A stretch of DNA of 64,000 nt, taken from assembly GCA_965228735.1 (NCBI GenBank), contig OZ245838.1:4576001-4640000 (forward strand), written 5' to 3'. The DNA comes from Planctomycetota bacterium (GTDB lineage: Bacteria > Planctomycetota > UBA1135 > UBA2386). Made by a program: the position numbers and the translations under genes. A model generated the notes under the pieces. That model made no database searches. It had not been told where the DNA came from and was given only the letters and a program-made list of their open reading frames with translations. Below are positions 19,081-28,388 of this stretch, one piece after another; position 1 is the first letter of the stretch; each line of letters opens with the position of its first letter.

Positions 19081-19158
19081 CGGGGTCCAGCCCCCGGATT
19101 CCGGGGCTTTCGACCGCCCGGCGCCGCGGGTACAACGTTCCGCCCCCTCTCCCACGCC

Positions 19159-19749
19159 ATGGCTACCTCCCGACGCTCGTCCTCCTCGTCCGCCCGTTCC
19201 CGCCGTTCGTCGAGTTCGGGCTCCGACTCGACCCAGGTCATGCTCATGGTGGGTGGCGGCGCGATCGCGATCGTGATCCTGCTCGTCTTGATGACCGGTG
19301 GCGGCGGTGAGAACGCGGATGCGAGCGGCAAGACCGGCAGCGGCTCCCAGAACGCCGATTCGAGCCAGAACGCCAAGTCCCCGGCGCGGCCCGCGCGCAC
19401 GCCCGCGAGCGGCACGGCCAAGGCGGGCAAGACGCCCGATCGGCCGGCGCCCGCGCTGTCGCACGACACGCTCGACAAGCTCGACGATCTCCTGGCCGAG
19501 GCCAAGACGTTCTACAACGAGGGCGTCCGCGCCCGGAACGCGACCGAGCACCAGAAGGCCCGCGAGGCGCAGTCCAAGGCCAAGGCCAAGCTCGACGCGT
19601 GGGAGAAGCTCGTCGAGCCGCAGCTGCGCTGGCAGGAGGAGGCGGAGATGGAGGACTGGGCGCAGCCCGCGGAGTACGACCTGCTGACGCGGCGGTATCC
19701 GACCTTCTCCAAGCTGCAGAAGATGGTCCGCATGGGCGGCGGCAAGTAG
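19159..19749 (+). CDS. Hypothetical single-TM protein with helical C-terminal domain
   Basis: Strong codon bias, hydrophobic segment VMLMVGGGAIAIVILLVLM, low-complexity linker. Confidence 0.7.
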   Translation: MATSRRSSSSSARSRRSSSSGSDSTQVMLMVGGGAIAIVILLVLMTGGGGENADASGKTGSGSQNADSSQNAKSPARPARTPASGTAKAGKTPDRPAPALSHDTLDKLDDLLAEAKTFYNEGVRARNATEHQKAREAQSKAKAKLDAWEKLVEPQLRWQEEAEMEDWAQPAEYDLLTRRYPTFSKLQKMVRMGGGK

Positions 19750-19771
19750 TCCGGCGCCGCGGCAGGTCGCG

Positions 19772-20605
19772 ATGCGTCTCGGCTATCACACCAACAGCCT
19801 GCAGAACCACCGGCTCGCGGACGCGCTGACGCTGCTGCAGGAGCACGGTTACGGCGCGATTGCGATCACGCCCGACACGTGTCACGTCGATCCGTTCGCG
19901 GTGACCGACGGCGAGCTCGACGAGCTCGCCCGGCGGCTGCGCGACCTCGACCTCGTGCCCGTGATCGAGACCGGGGCGCGGTTCCTGCTCGACCCGCGGC
20001 ACAAGCACGAGCCGACGCTGATGACCCGCGACGCCGCGGCGCGACGACGGCGGCTCGACTTCTACGAGCGCTGCGGCGTGATCGGCGCTCGCCTGGGGGC
20101 TGCGGTCGTGTCGTTCTGGGCCGGGATCGACCGGGCACCGGGCGACGACAGCGACGACCTGTTGCTCGAGGGCGTCGCGGCGACCTGCCGACGCATCCGG
20201 GCGAGCGGGCTCGAGCCGGCGCTCGAACCGGAGCCCGACATGGCCGTCGAGACCGTCGCGGACTGGCACCGCGTGCGGGACGCCCTCGGCGCCGACGCCC
20301 CGCGCCTCACGCTCGACATCGGCCATCTTTACGCCGTATGGGAAGGCGAGCCGGCGACGATCGTGCGGAACAATTCGGCCTTTCTGTCCCAGGTTCATCT
20401 CGAAGATATGCGCCGTGGCGTACACGAACATCTGCTTCCCGGGACCGGTGAAGTCGCGTTCGAAGCGGTCCTAGGTGCTTTGCAGGAAGGCGGCTACGGC
20501 GGCCCGGTGTGCTTCGAGCTGGCCCGGTCGAGCCATTGTGCGCCGACAGCCCTGGCGACGTGTCGGCAACTGTGGGACCGCTGCGTCAGGCCTTCCGAGC
20601 GTTGA
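19772..20605 (+). CDS. Sugar phosphate isomerase/epimerase, xylose-isomerase-like TIM barrel
   Basis: LEPEP, TLDIGH, VHLED, HEHLLPGTGE. Confidence 0.85.
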   Translation: MRLGYHTNSLQNHRLADALTLLQEHGYGAIAITPDTCHVDPFAVTDGELDELARRLRDLDLVPVIETGARFLLDPRHKHEPTLMTRDAAARRRRLDFYERCGVIGARLGAAVVSFWAGIDRAPGDDSDDLLLEGVAATCRRIRASGLEPALEPEPDMAVETVADWHRVRDALGADAPRLTLDIGHLYAVWEGEPATIVRNNSAFLSQVHLEDMRRGVHEHLLPGTGEVAFEAVLGALQEGGYGGPVCFELARSSHCAPTALATCRQLWDRCVRPSER

Positions 20606-20680
20606 CCCTGGCAGATTCCGCGTCCTACACTCCTGCCCTTCGCGCCCCTGGAGCGCATTTCTCGAAGCTAACCGAAGCCC

Positions 20681-20935
20681 ATGAGACTTTGCCCCACGGT
20701 CGAGGGTTCGCCCTCCCCGCTCATCACGCACCGCATCGCGGCCGGCGTGTGCCTCGCACGGCAGCGCACCAACTTCCACAAGTGCCACAAGTGCGTCTAT
20801 CGCGGCAAGGCGGCCGATTGGGTCGCCGAGGGCGAGCTGGAGCTGGCCGTGAACGGCCACGCCGGCAGCAGCAACGGCGTGGCGCACCATGGCGGGACCG
20901 CCAGGAAGGCCAAGGTCCTCGAGGCCGACGCCTGA
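20681..20935 (+). CDS. Small Cys-rich hypothetical protein, possible metal binder
   Basis: 84 aa with C4, C24 and CHKC; genome-like codon usage; upstream TACACT -10-like box. Confidence 0.6.
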   Translation: MRLCPTVEGSPSPLITHRIAAGVCLARQRTNFHKCHKCVYRGKAADWVAEGELELAVNGHAGSSNGVAHHGGTARKAKVLEADA

Positions 20936-21483
20936 GTCTGCCCGCCGGCATCCTGCTCGATCTGACGCGGCGCTACTCCGAGCCGCACCGGCGCTACCAC
21001 ACGATCGAGCACGTCGCCGACATGCTGTGGCGCGGGCGCGAGCTCGGTCTCGACGACAACCAGGTGCTCGCGATCTGGTACCACGACGCGGTCTACGACG
21101 TGCCGGGTCCCGAGAACGAGGTCAGGAGCGCCGCGCTCGCCCGCGAGCAGCTCGGCGCGGCCGGCTGGGCCGCGGCGGACATCGACGTGGTCGAACGCAT
21201 CGTGCTCGACACGATCGAACACCGCCCGTCGCTGCCGGCGGCCGAGCTCGTGATCGACCTCGATCTCGCGTCGCTCGGCGCCGAGCCGGCTGGTTTCGCG
21301 CAGAACACGGCCAACCTGCGGGTGGAATACGGCCACCTCGACGACGACGCGTTCCGCGCCGCCCAGCGCGCGGTCTGCGAGCGCTTCCTCGCGCGCGACC
21401 GGATCTACTGCACCGAGTGGGGCCGACGGTTCGAGGCGCCGGCGCGGCGCAACCTCGAGGACTGTCTGAGTAACCTGCCCTGA
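20932..21483 (+). CDS. Predicted HD-superfamily phosphohydrolase
   Basis: RRYHTIEHV, IWYHDAVYD, NEVRSA, IDLDLASLG; start codon unclear (CTG proposed). Confidence 0.75.
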   Translation: MSLPAGILLDLTRRYSEPHRRYHTIEHVADMLWRGRELGLDDNQVLAIWYHDAVYDVPGPENEVRSAALAREQLGAAGWAAADIDVVERIVLDTIEHRPSLPAAELVIDLDLASLGAEPAGFAQNTANLRVEYGHLDDDAFRAAQRAVCERFLARDRIYCTEWGRRFEAPARRNLEDCLSNLP

Positions 21484-21492
21484 CGCGCAGGG

Positions 21493-21852
21493 TCAGCTGT
21501 AGCTCGCGAGCAGTTTCTGCAGCGCGGCTTCGGCGTCGGCGTAGTGCGAGACGATCTGCGGCGTGAGATCGCGCACCGTGTCCGACTCGTTCTGGCGCGA
21601 CGCGACCTGCATGGCCTCGCACGAGTCCTGCAGAAACTTCGCGCCGAGGTTGCCCGACGTGCCCTTCAACGAGTGCGCCGCGCGCTCGACCTTCTCGAAG
21701 TCCCCTTCCTCGAGCCCCTCGGTGATGGCGCGGACCTTGGCCGGGCCGTCCTCGAGGAACATCTGGATCAGGTCGACCAGCAGTTCGGGGTCGCCGTCGT
21801 CCGCAAACGACAGCAGTTCCTCGACGATCGCCATGTCCAGCACGTTGTCCAT
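21493..21852 (-). CDS. Stand-alone Hpt phosphotransfer protein
   Basis: RAAHSLKGTSGNLGA; RBS GGAGG. Confidence 0.9.
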   Translation of the reverse strand: MDNVLDMAIVEELLSFADDGDPELLVDLIQMFLEDGPAKVRAITEGLEEGDFEKVERAAHSLKGTSGNLGAKFLQDSCEAMQVASRQNESDTVRDLTPQIVSHYADAEAALQKLLASYS

Positions 21853-21984
21853 CAGTCCTCCCGTAGCGGCCCCCCCGCGTTCCGGTCAGATCGGCGCTCA
21901 GCGTGTCGGACTTGATCCCGGGTCGGGAACCCCTCTCGCGACGGGATTCCCGGACTCGACGGCAACGTGCCGGCGGACTCGGGA

Positions 21985-23205
21985 TCAGCTTTCGGCGGCA
22001 GCGCGGACTTCGTTCTCGGTCAGCAGTCGTTTGCTCGACTTGCCCGCCGCAAGGACCTTTTCGACCGCCTCGTCGGTCGGCTCGATGCCGAGCTTCTCGA
22101 GCACGAACGCCGCGTTGGACTTCCCTGCCATCGGGCCGACGGCGATCTTCTGTTCGCGCCCGATCAGGTGGGCCGGCACACCCGAGTAGACCGAGTCGGC
22201 GAGCGCGACGTCGCCCTTCTTGAACGCCTTGATCACGGCCGCGGCGTGCACGCCCGTGCCGGTCTCGAACGCGTCCGTCCCGAGCGCCGGGTAGTTGTGC
22301 GGGATCTCGACCTCGAGTGCCTGCGCCGCTGCGGTCACGTAGTCGGGCAGCGTCGACAGGTCGTTGTCGATCCAGCCCATGAGCTTGCAGTTGATCAGCA
22401 GCAGGTCCATCGGCGCGTTGCCCGCGCGTTCGCCGACCCCGAGCGCCGTGCCGTGGATGCGGTCGGCGCCGGCCTCGATCGCGGCGAGGTCGTTGGCGAT
22501 GCCGAGGTCACGGTCGCGGTGACCGTGCCAGTCGACACCGAGGGTCTTGTCGTGCTCGTCGGCGAGGTCGCGGACGAACTTCACGACGGCGCGGGCGCCC
22601 TGCGGCGTCGCGTGGCCGACCGTGTCACAGACGCAGAGGCGCCGCGCGCCGAGCTCGATCGCCTCGCTGTAGAGCGCCCGCAGGGTCTCGGGGCGTGCGC
22701 GCGTCGTGTCCTCGGTCACGTACATGACGGGCAGGTCGTGCTTCTGCGCGAACGCCAGCGCGTCGCGGGTGTTCTGCAGCATGCGCTCGAGTGTCCAGTC
22801 CTCGGCGAATTGGCGGATGTAGCTGCTGCCGATGAACGCGCAGACCTCGATCGGGATGCCGGCCCGCTGCGTCATCTCGACGACGGGTTCGATGTCGCTG
22901 ACGACGGTGCGACACGCGACGTTCACGCCGATCGACAGCTTCTGGTCCGCGATGTGCCGCGCGAGCTTGAAGATGTCCTCGCGCGGGCGGCCGCCAGCAC
23001 CGGGCAGGCCGACGTTGGCGGTGTGGATGCCGAGCCGGTCCATGCGCTCGACGAGGTCGATCTTCTGCTCGAGGTTCGGATCACTGACTGCCGGGGATTG
23101 CAGACCGTCGCGCAGGGTCTCGTCGTCGAACTGCAGTGGGCGGCTCGGCGCGAACGCGCCGTCCGTGCGGTTCCAGTCATGGATCAGGTCCTCGATATTC
23201 GTCAT
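21985..23205 (-). CDS. DRE-TIM synthase, 2-isopropylmalate synthase-like, lacking the regulatory domain
   Basis: DETLRDGLQ, CDTVG, HGHRD, GERAGNA; 406 aa. Confidence 0.85.
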   Translation of the reverse strand: MTNIEDLIHDWNRTDGAFAPSRPLQFDDETLRDGLQSPAVSDPNLEQKIDLVERMDRLGIHTANVGLPGAGGRPREDIFKLARHIADQKLSIGVNVACRTVVSDIEPVVEMTQRAGIPIEVCAFIGSSYIRQFAEDWTLERMLQNTRDALAFAQKHDLPVMYVTEDTTRARPETLRALYSEAIELGARRLCVCDTVGHATPQGARAVVKFVRDLADEHDKTLGVDWHGHRDRDLGIANDLAAIEAGADRIHGTALGVGERAGNAPMDLLLINCKLMGWIDNDLSTLPDYVTAAAQALEVEIPHNYPALGTDAFETGTGVHAAAVIKAFKKGDVALADSVYSGVPAHLIGREQKIAVGPMAGKSNAAFVLEKLGIEPTDEAVEKVLAAGKSSKRLLTENEVRAAAES

Positions 23206-23279
23206 GGCAGTAGGTTAGCCCGCGACGCGGCGACTCCGAAGATCCCGCCTGCGTCTTCTCGGTCGGGGTCGCTGGCTGC

Positions 23280-24626
23280 ATGATCGCCGAGGTGATCGTT
23301 CTCAAGTTCGGCGGCACGTCGGTGGGTTCTGCCGACCGCATCCGCGCTGTCGTCGACATCGTGCGGCAGCAGCGGGATCGCCGGCCGGTCGTCGTCGTGT
23401 CGGCGCACGCCGGCGTGACGGACCGCCTCGTGCAACTCGTCGAGGCCGCGCCGCGTGGCGACGCGCTGGCCATCGTCCAGGAGCTCGATGCACGACACCG
23501 CGAGATCCTCGCGGAGCTCGAAATCGATCCGGCGCTGCTGCGGCCGTTCTTCACGGAGCTGGCTGACCTCGCGCGTGGCCTGCGGCTCGTCGGCATCGCG
23601 AGCAAGAAGGCCGCCGATCGCGTGCTGAGCCTCGGCGAACGGTGCAGCGCCCGCACGGTCGCCGCGGCGCTGACGAAGGCCGGGCTGCCGAGCCGGGCGC
23701 TCGACGCGTTCGACGCCGGCCTCGTGACCGACAGCGATCACGGTCGGGCCCGGCCGCTGCCCGACAACGGCGAGATCGCGCGCGCGGTCGGCGCCGTGGC
23801 GAGCGTTGGCATCCCGGTGATCACGGGCTTCATCGGCGCGGACGTGGACGGCAACATCACGACGCTCGGTCGCGACGGCAGCGACTATTCCGCGGCGCTG
23901 TTCGGCGCCGCGCTCGCGGCGACCGAGATCCAGATCTGGAAGGACGTCGACGGCGTGCGCACGGCGGACCCGCGGCTCGTGCCCGCAGCGCGGCCGATCC
24001 GCGCGATGAGCTATCGCGAGCTGCGCGAGCTCAGCTCGTTCGGCAGCCGGGTCGTGCATCCGGGCGCGATGCTGCCGGCGATGGCGCGCGGCATTCCGAT
24101 CTTCGTGAAGAACACCGGCGCGCCCGAGCTGCCCGGCACGAAGATCCACGGCGGCGAGGGCGGGGATGACGCCGACCGGGTCACCGCGATCGCGCACCGG
24201 CGTGGTATCGCGCTCGTCACGCTCACCGCGGCCGGACCGCGGCAGCAACACGCGTTCCTCGGGGCGGTGTTCGGGGCCCTGGCGGAGACGCGGATCGACG
24301 TCGGGCCGCTGACCGTTTCCGAGGGTGCGGTGACGTTCGTGTTGGATGCGGGCGATGTGTCGGCCGCCAGCGAGCGCCTCGCGGCGATCGGCGCGGTCGA
24401 AGTCGTGCATGGCCGCGCGCTGCTCGGCGTCGTCGGGCGCTCGCGCGCGATCGGGCAACGGCACGTCGTCACCGTGCTGTCGACGCTGCGCGACCTCGGG
24501 ATCGAAGTGGCGTGTGCCGGCCAGGGCGCGACGGGCGCCACGGTGGCGGCGGTGATCGCCGCGGCCGAGCTGCCGCGCGCCGTCGCGGCCTTGCACGAAC
24601 GCTGCTTCCAGGAGGCGCCCGCGTGA
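23280..24626 (+). CDS. lysC: Aspartate kinase
   Basis: KFGGTSV, TTLGRDGSDYSA, WKDVDGVRTADPR, ACT-like C-terminus. Confidence 0.9.
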   Translation: MIAEVIVLKFGGTSVGSADRIRAVVDIVRQQRDRRPVVVVSAHAGVTDRLVQLVEAAPRGDALAIVQELDARHREILAELEIDPALLRPFFTELADLARGLRLVGIASKKAADRVLSLGERCSARTVAAALTKAGLPSRALDAFDAGLVTDSDHGRARPLPDNGEIARAVGAVASVGIPVITGFIGADVDGNITTLGRDGSDYSAALFGAALAATEIQIWKDVDGVRTADPRLVPAARPIRAMSYRELRELSSFGSRVVHPGAMLPAMARGIPIFVKNTGAPELPGTKIHGGEGGDDADRVTAIAHRRGIALVTLTAAGPRQQHAFLGAVFGALAETRIDVGPLTVSEGAVTFVLDAGDVSAASERLAAIGAVEVVHGRALLGVVGRSRAIGQRHVVTVLSTLRDLGIEVACAGQGATGATVAAVIAAAELPRAVAALHERCFQEAPA

Positions 24627-25873
24627 GCCCGACCGGTCGTCGTGGCTTCGAGATCCTGCGCGATGCGGTCATCGTGGCGGGGGTTGCGCTGGTCGTCTTC
24701 CAGGTGATGCGACGCTACGTCGGTGACTACTACCGCGTGCCGAGCGGCAGCATGGAGCCGATGCTGTATGGCCACCCGAACGATGGCGACGTCGTCTGGG
24801 TCGATGCGTGGTCTTCGGCCGCGGACTGCGGGCGCGGTGATGTCGTCGTCGTGCAGCATCCCGAGGACTCCGGCGGCCAGCTCGTGAAGCGGGTCCTCGC
24901 GAACGGCGACGACGAGCTGTGCTGGATCGACTTCAGCGGCGGCGACGTGTTCCTCGGTGCGGATCGTCAACGGCTCGCGCGCGCGGTGAAGGAGCCGAGT
25001 GCCGCACGCCGCATGCGCGTGCGGTGGGGCGGTTGGCCGGGCAGCGCGGCGGCGCGGCGTCCGCTCGCGTGGACCGACCGGGCCAAGGTGCTCGACCACG
25101 CTACCGTGCCGGCGCTAACGATCGATGCGGCGACGTTGCGGCGGCGGTGCAGCCGGCGCGGCGGTGCTCGGCGGCAGAATGGTTCGCCGCTGCTGGCCGG
25201 GTTCGTCGGCACGCAGGACCCGGTCGATGCGAGCTACGTCGATGCCCGCGGCCAGCGCAGCCCGGAAGGCGCGGACGTGCAGGTCTTCGACGCCGGCATC
25301 GACCTGCGACTCGCTGGCGGCGTCGACACGCTCGCGCTCGTGCTCGAAACACGTTACGAGACGATCACCTGGCTGCTGCAGCAGGGCGGCGGGCTCGACT
25401 TTCTGCGCAACGGTGAGGAGGTCGTGACGGTCGACCTCGAGATCGGCTCGGACGCGGCGCGGCGCGTCGAGTTCGGGCGGCTCGACGACCGCTACTTCCT
25501 GCTGCTCGACGACGGGCAGAACATCGCGGACTTCGTGTTCGCCCGCCCGGTTGAGTGGCAGCGACCGCCCGAGCAACTGCCACGCGGGCCGCGCACGCGG
25601 TTGTGCTTCGCAGCGCTCGGAGAGCGCCCGCTCGTGATCGAACGTTTCGATGTCTTTCGCGACGTCTATCACTTCCGGAATCGCGTGCCCGGCAGTCGCG
25701 ACAACTCGCGATGGCCGATGCACGTGCCGCCCGGCCATTGGTTCCTCGCCGGGGACAACTCGTACGACAGCCACGACAGCCGGCAGTTCGGCCCGCGCCC
25801 CGCGACCGACTATCGCGGCCGCCCGCGGTTCGTGCTCGGGCCGTGGTCGCGGCGCCGGTGGTTATCGCCGTGA
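24623..25873 (+). CDS. lepB: Signal peptidase I (S26) with a large internal insertion
   Basis: VPSGSMEPML (Ser), LVKRV (Lys), GDNSYDSHDSRQFG; GTGA overlap. Confidence 0.8.
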   Translation: MSPTGRRGFEILRDAVIVAGVALVVFQVMRRYVGDYYRVPSGSMEPMLYGHPNDGDVVWVDAWSSAADCGRGDVVVVQHPEDSGGQLVKRVLANGDDELCWIDFSGGDVFLGADRQRLARAVKEPSAARRMRVRWGGWPGSAAARRPLAWTDRAKVLDHATVPALTIDAATLRRRCSRRGGARRQNGSPLLAGFVGTQDPVDASYVDARGQRSPEGADVQVFDAGIDLRLAGGVDTLALVLETRYETITWLLQQGGGLDFLRNGEEVVTVDLEIGSDAARRVEFGRLDDRYFLLLDDGQNIADFVFARPVEWQRPPEQLPRGPRTRLCFAALGERPLVIERFDVFRDVYHFRNRVPGSRDNSRWPMHVPPGHWFLAGDNSYDSHDSRQFGPRPATDYRGRPRFVLGPWSRRRWLSP

Positions 25874-26466
25874 ACGACGGGTCCCCGCCAGAGCCGCCGA
25901 ACGGGTCGCGCGAACCGGATCCCGAGTCCGATCCCGATCCGCGCAGCGTCTCGATCGCCGGTGGCTGTCTCTATCTCGCGTTGCTGATCGCCGGCCTCGG
26001 TTGGCTGTGGGCGCGCGATCGTCTCGGGCTGCTGTCCGACCTTGCCATCGGCGACTTCGGCGCGCCGGCGGCCGTCGGGGTCGGTCTCGGGATCGGTCTC
26101 CTGGGGGCGCTGGTTTTCGTCCTCGTCGTGCATCGCACCAAGGCCGGCGCGGAATTGACGGAGCAGGCGCGCCGGATGTTCGTCCCGATGGGGGACGCGG
26201 CGCTCGCGCTCTTGGTCTGGCTCGGCGCCGTGGCCGAAGAAATCTTCTTCCGACTCGCCGTGCAGGACCAATTTGGTCTGCCTGGATCTGTTGCCGCCTA
26301 CGGCGTGCTGAGTATGTGTGGCCTGGGGGTGCGGTGGCTGCCGTTCGCGCTGCTGCACGCTCTCGTGCTCGGCGGCCTCGTGCAGCTCGGGTTCGGACTC
26401 CTGGCCTCGGCCGCTGCCAATGCGGTCATGAACTACCTGGCTCTACGAAGGATACTGACGCTTTGA
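25870..26466 (+). CDS. CPBP/Abi (CAAX-like) intramembrane glutamic peptidase family
   Basis: Multi-TM with AVAEEIFFR; the downstream His motifs look degenerate. Confidence 0.65.
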   Translation: MNDGSPPEPPNGSREPDPESDPDPRSVSIAGGCLYLALLIAGLGWLWARDRLGLLSDLAIGDFGAPAAVGVGLGIGLLGALVFVLVVHRTKAGAELTEQARRMFVPMGDAALALLVWLGAVAEEIFFRLAVQDQFGLPGSVAAYGVLSMCGLGVRWLPFALLHALVLGGLVQLGFGLLASAAANAVMNYLALRRILTL

Positions 26467-28292
26467 CCTCCCTGACTGCCCTCCTCTGCAGCGTTACCTG
26501 CGGCGCGGCCGCGCTCCTCGCGCAGGGGCAGCCACCGGCGCCGCGGCCGCCGCAGGGTCAGGCTGAGCCGCGGGCGCCCATGCTGCTGCCGCAGCTCGTC
26601 GTGCTGCCGCGCGGCGACGCCAGTATCCAGGTCGACGGTACGCTCACGGACTGGCCCGAACTGCCGGCGGTGCGGCTCGACGATTCGCGACAGCTGTCCG
26701 GCACGGGCCTCAAGGCGTGGAACGGGCAGCGCGACGTGAGCGCGATCGCGTTCCTGCTCTGGGACGAGAAGGCGCTCTACTTCGCGGCCGCAGTGCGCGA
26801 CGAATGGCACCGGCCGCTCGATGCGACGTCGCTGCGGCTGTCGGAGATCCCGCTCGCCGATTCGATCGTCCTCACGTTCGACCCCGCGCGCGACACGCGC
26901 TCGATCGGCCCGGACCCGGGGCGCGCCGACGATCGCGAGTTCTGGCTCGCGGACGAGGCCGGGCGCGAGGTCGTGCAGTGGGATCGACTGCGCGGCTCGG
27001 CGCGCGTGCTCAAGCAGCCGGCGCGCGCCGTCGTGCTGCACGACAAGGAACAGGGCCTGACGACCTACGAGGTCCGCATTCCGTGGCGCGAGATCCTGCC
27101 CGCCGGCAAGCCGCCGGAGGCTGGCCGTGTCGTCGACGCGCAGATCGTGATCAACGACTTCGACGAGCCGACGGACACGGTGCCGCAGACGCGCATCGGC
27201 CTGACGTTCGGCTGCAGCCCGATCGTCGACCCGGGCCTGTTCGCGAGTCTCATGCTCGTCGCGGACAGCCAGGCGCTGCAGGGCCGCGTGCCGCAGTTCC
27301 CGCCGAAGCCGCCGACGGACGGCCCGCCGCTCGGCAGCGAGGACGACTGGCACGACCTCACCGCGCGCCTCCTGCGCCATCCGCCGGCGGTGCACGACGG
27401 CAGCGTCGCGCCGGAGCAGGCCGGCGGGCTCGCGCGCTTTGCGATCCTCGAGGAGATCGAGGCCGCGCACGAGCGCTTCCCGCGCGTCGACTACCTCGAA
27501 TACAACGCCCGGATCCAGCGCCGCATGGCGCGAGAGGTCGCGGGGATCCGGTCGCGCGGGCTGCCGTTCTGGTGGTACTCGCGGCTGCAGGGGGTGTCCA
27601 AGGCCGGCGAGGATCCCGTGCCCGAGGGCACGGCCCGTTTCTTCCGGCTGCCGATGGGCGGCTGGCTCGTCGCCACGGCGGACGGCGGGTTCCTCATCGA
27701 CGCGGCCGGGCCGGACCTCGCGCGCTGGCTCTGGGGCCGGAACGGGTTCTGCCTGCTGACGCAGCCGCTCGACATCACGCGGCGCAACGACCAGCTGCTG
27801 CTGCGGATGCTCCTCGGCAAGGCGCCGCGACCCGTGCTGTCCCACATCGCGTTCCACCTGCCGATCCTGCCGATGGACAAGATGCCGCTGGTGCAGCCGG
27901 GCCAGCCGTGCGGCAAGTTCGCCGGCGTGACCATCCGCGCGCTCGGCCAAAAGCTGCCGGACGGCTCCGTGCCGGGCAGCTGCGGCTACTACCTCGAAGT
28001 CGACGACGGCCCCCGGATCCTCGTCGTCGCACCGGGCACCCAGCCCGAGGAGATCGGCGACGACCCCGTCGACGTCATGCTGCTGTCGCCGCGCAACCCG
28101 CTCGTTCCCCAGGTCATCGAGCGCGCCGATCCGGGGCTCGTGATCCTCGATGAGGGCTTCCTCTGCCAATCGACCCCAGGCATCGGCCGCGCCAAACTGA
28201 GCGAGCTGCACACGATCCAGAAGGCGCTGCAGCCATTGCCGACCCTCCTGCTCGCCCCGGGCGAGTCCTGGGACGTGCAGCGCAAACAATGA
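26463..28292 (+). CDS. Secreted protein with CBM9-like sugar-binding domain and degenerate metallo-beta-lactamase-like domain
   Basis: VDGTLTDW, LWDEKALYF, TYEVRIPW; C-terminal GWLVATADGGFLID...GYYLEVDDG...LAPGESW without HxHxDH; TTGA overlap. Confidence 0.55.
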   Translation: MTSLTALLCSVTCGAAALLAQGQPPAPRPPQGQAEPRAPMLLPQLVVLPRGDASIQVDGTLTDWPELPAVRLDDSRQLSGTGLKAWNGQRDVSAIAFLLWDEKALYFAAAVRDEWHRPLDATSLRLSEIPLADSIVLTFDPARDTRSIGPDPGRADDREFWLADEAGREVVQWDRLRGSARVLKQPARAVVLHDKEQGLTTYEVRIPWREILPAGKPPEAGRVVDAQIVINDFDEPTDTVPQTRIGLTFGCSPIVDPGLFASLMLVADSQALQGRVPQFPPKPPTDGPPLGSEDDWHDLTARLLRHPPAVHDGSVAPEQAGGLARFAILEEIEAAHERFPRVDYLEYNARIQRRMAREVAGIRSRGLPFWWYSRLQGVSKAGEDPVPEGTARFFRLPMGGWLVATADGGFLIDAAGPDLARWLWGRNGFCLLTQPLDITRRNDQLLLRMLLGKAPRPVLSHIAFHLPILPMDKMPLVQPGQPCGKFAGVTIRALGQKLPDGSVPGSCGYYLEVDDGPRILVVAPGTQPEEIGDDPVDVMLLSPRNPLVPQVIERADPGLVILDEGFLCQSTPGIGRAKLSELHTIQKALQPLPTLLLAPGESWDVQRKQ

Positions 28293-28311
28293 TCAGACAG
28301 CGATTCGCTGA

Positions 28312-28340
28312 TTGAGCTTTCGCTGTTTGCTCATTAGCCT
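28312..28340 (+). promoter_or_regulatory. Sigma70-type promoter
   Basis: TTGAGC-N17-TAGCCT ending 48 nt before the ATG at 28389. Confidence 0.6.
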
Positions 28341-28388
28341 CGTCCGCTGATTCGCGACCGCCGCACCGGCGGAGCGCCCGGAAACGAC

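Noticed and set aside
16789..19551. Long antisense/alternate ORFs (920 aa here; also 189-2006, 6713-8881, 26433-28289, 34589-37378, 54051-55865)
   Set aside because: Shadow frames of well-supported genes, expected from stop-codon scarcity at high GC; no recognisable motifs.
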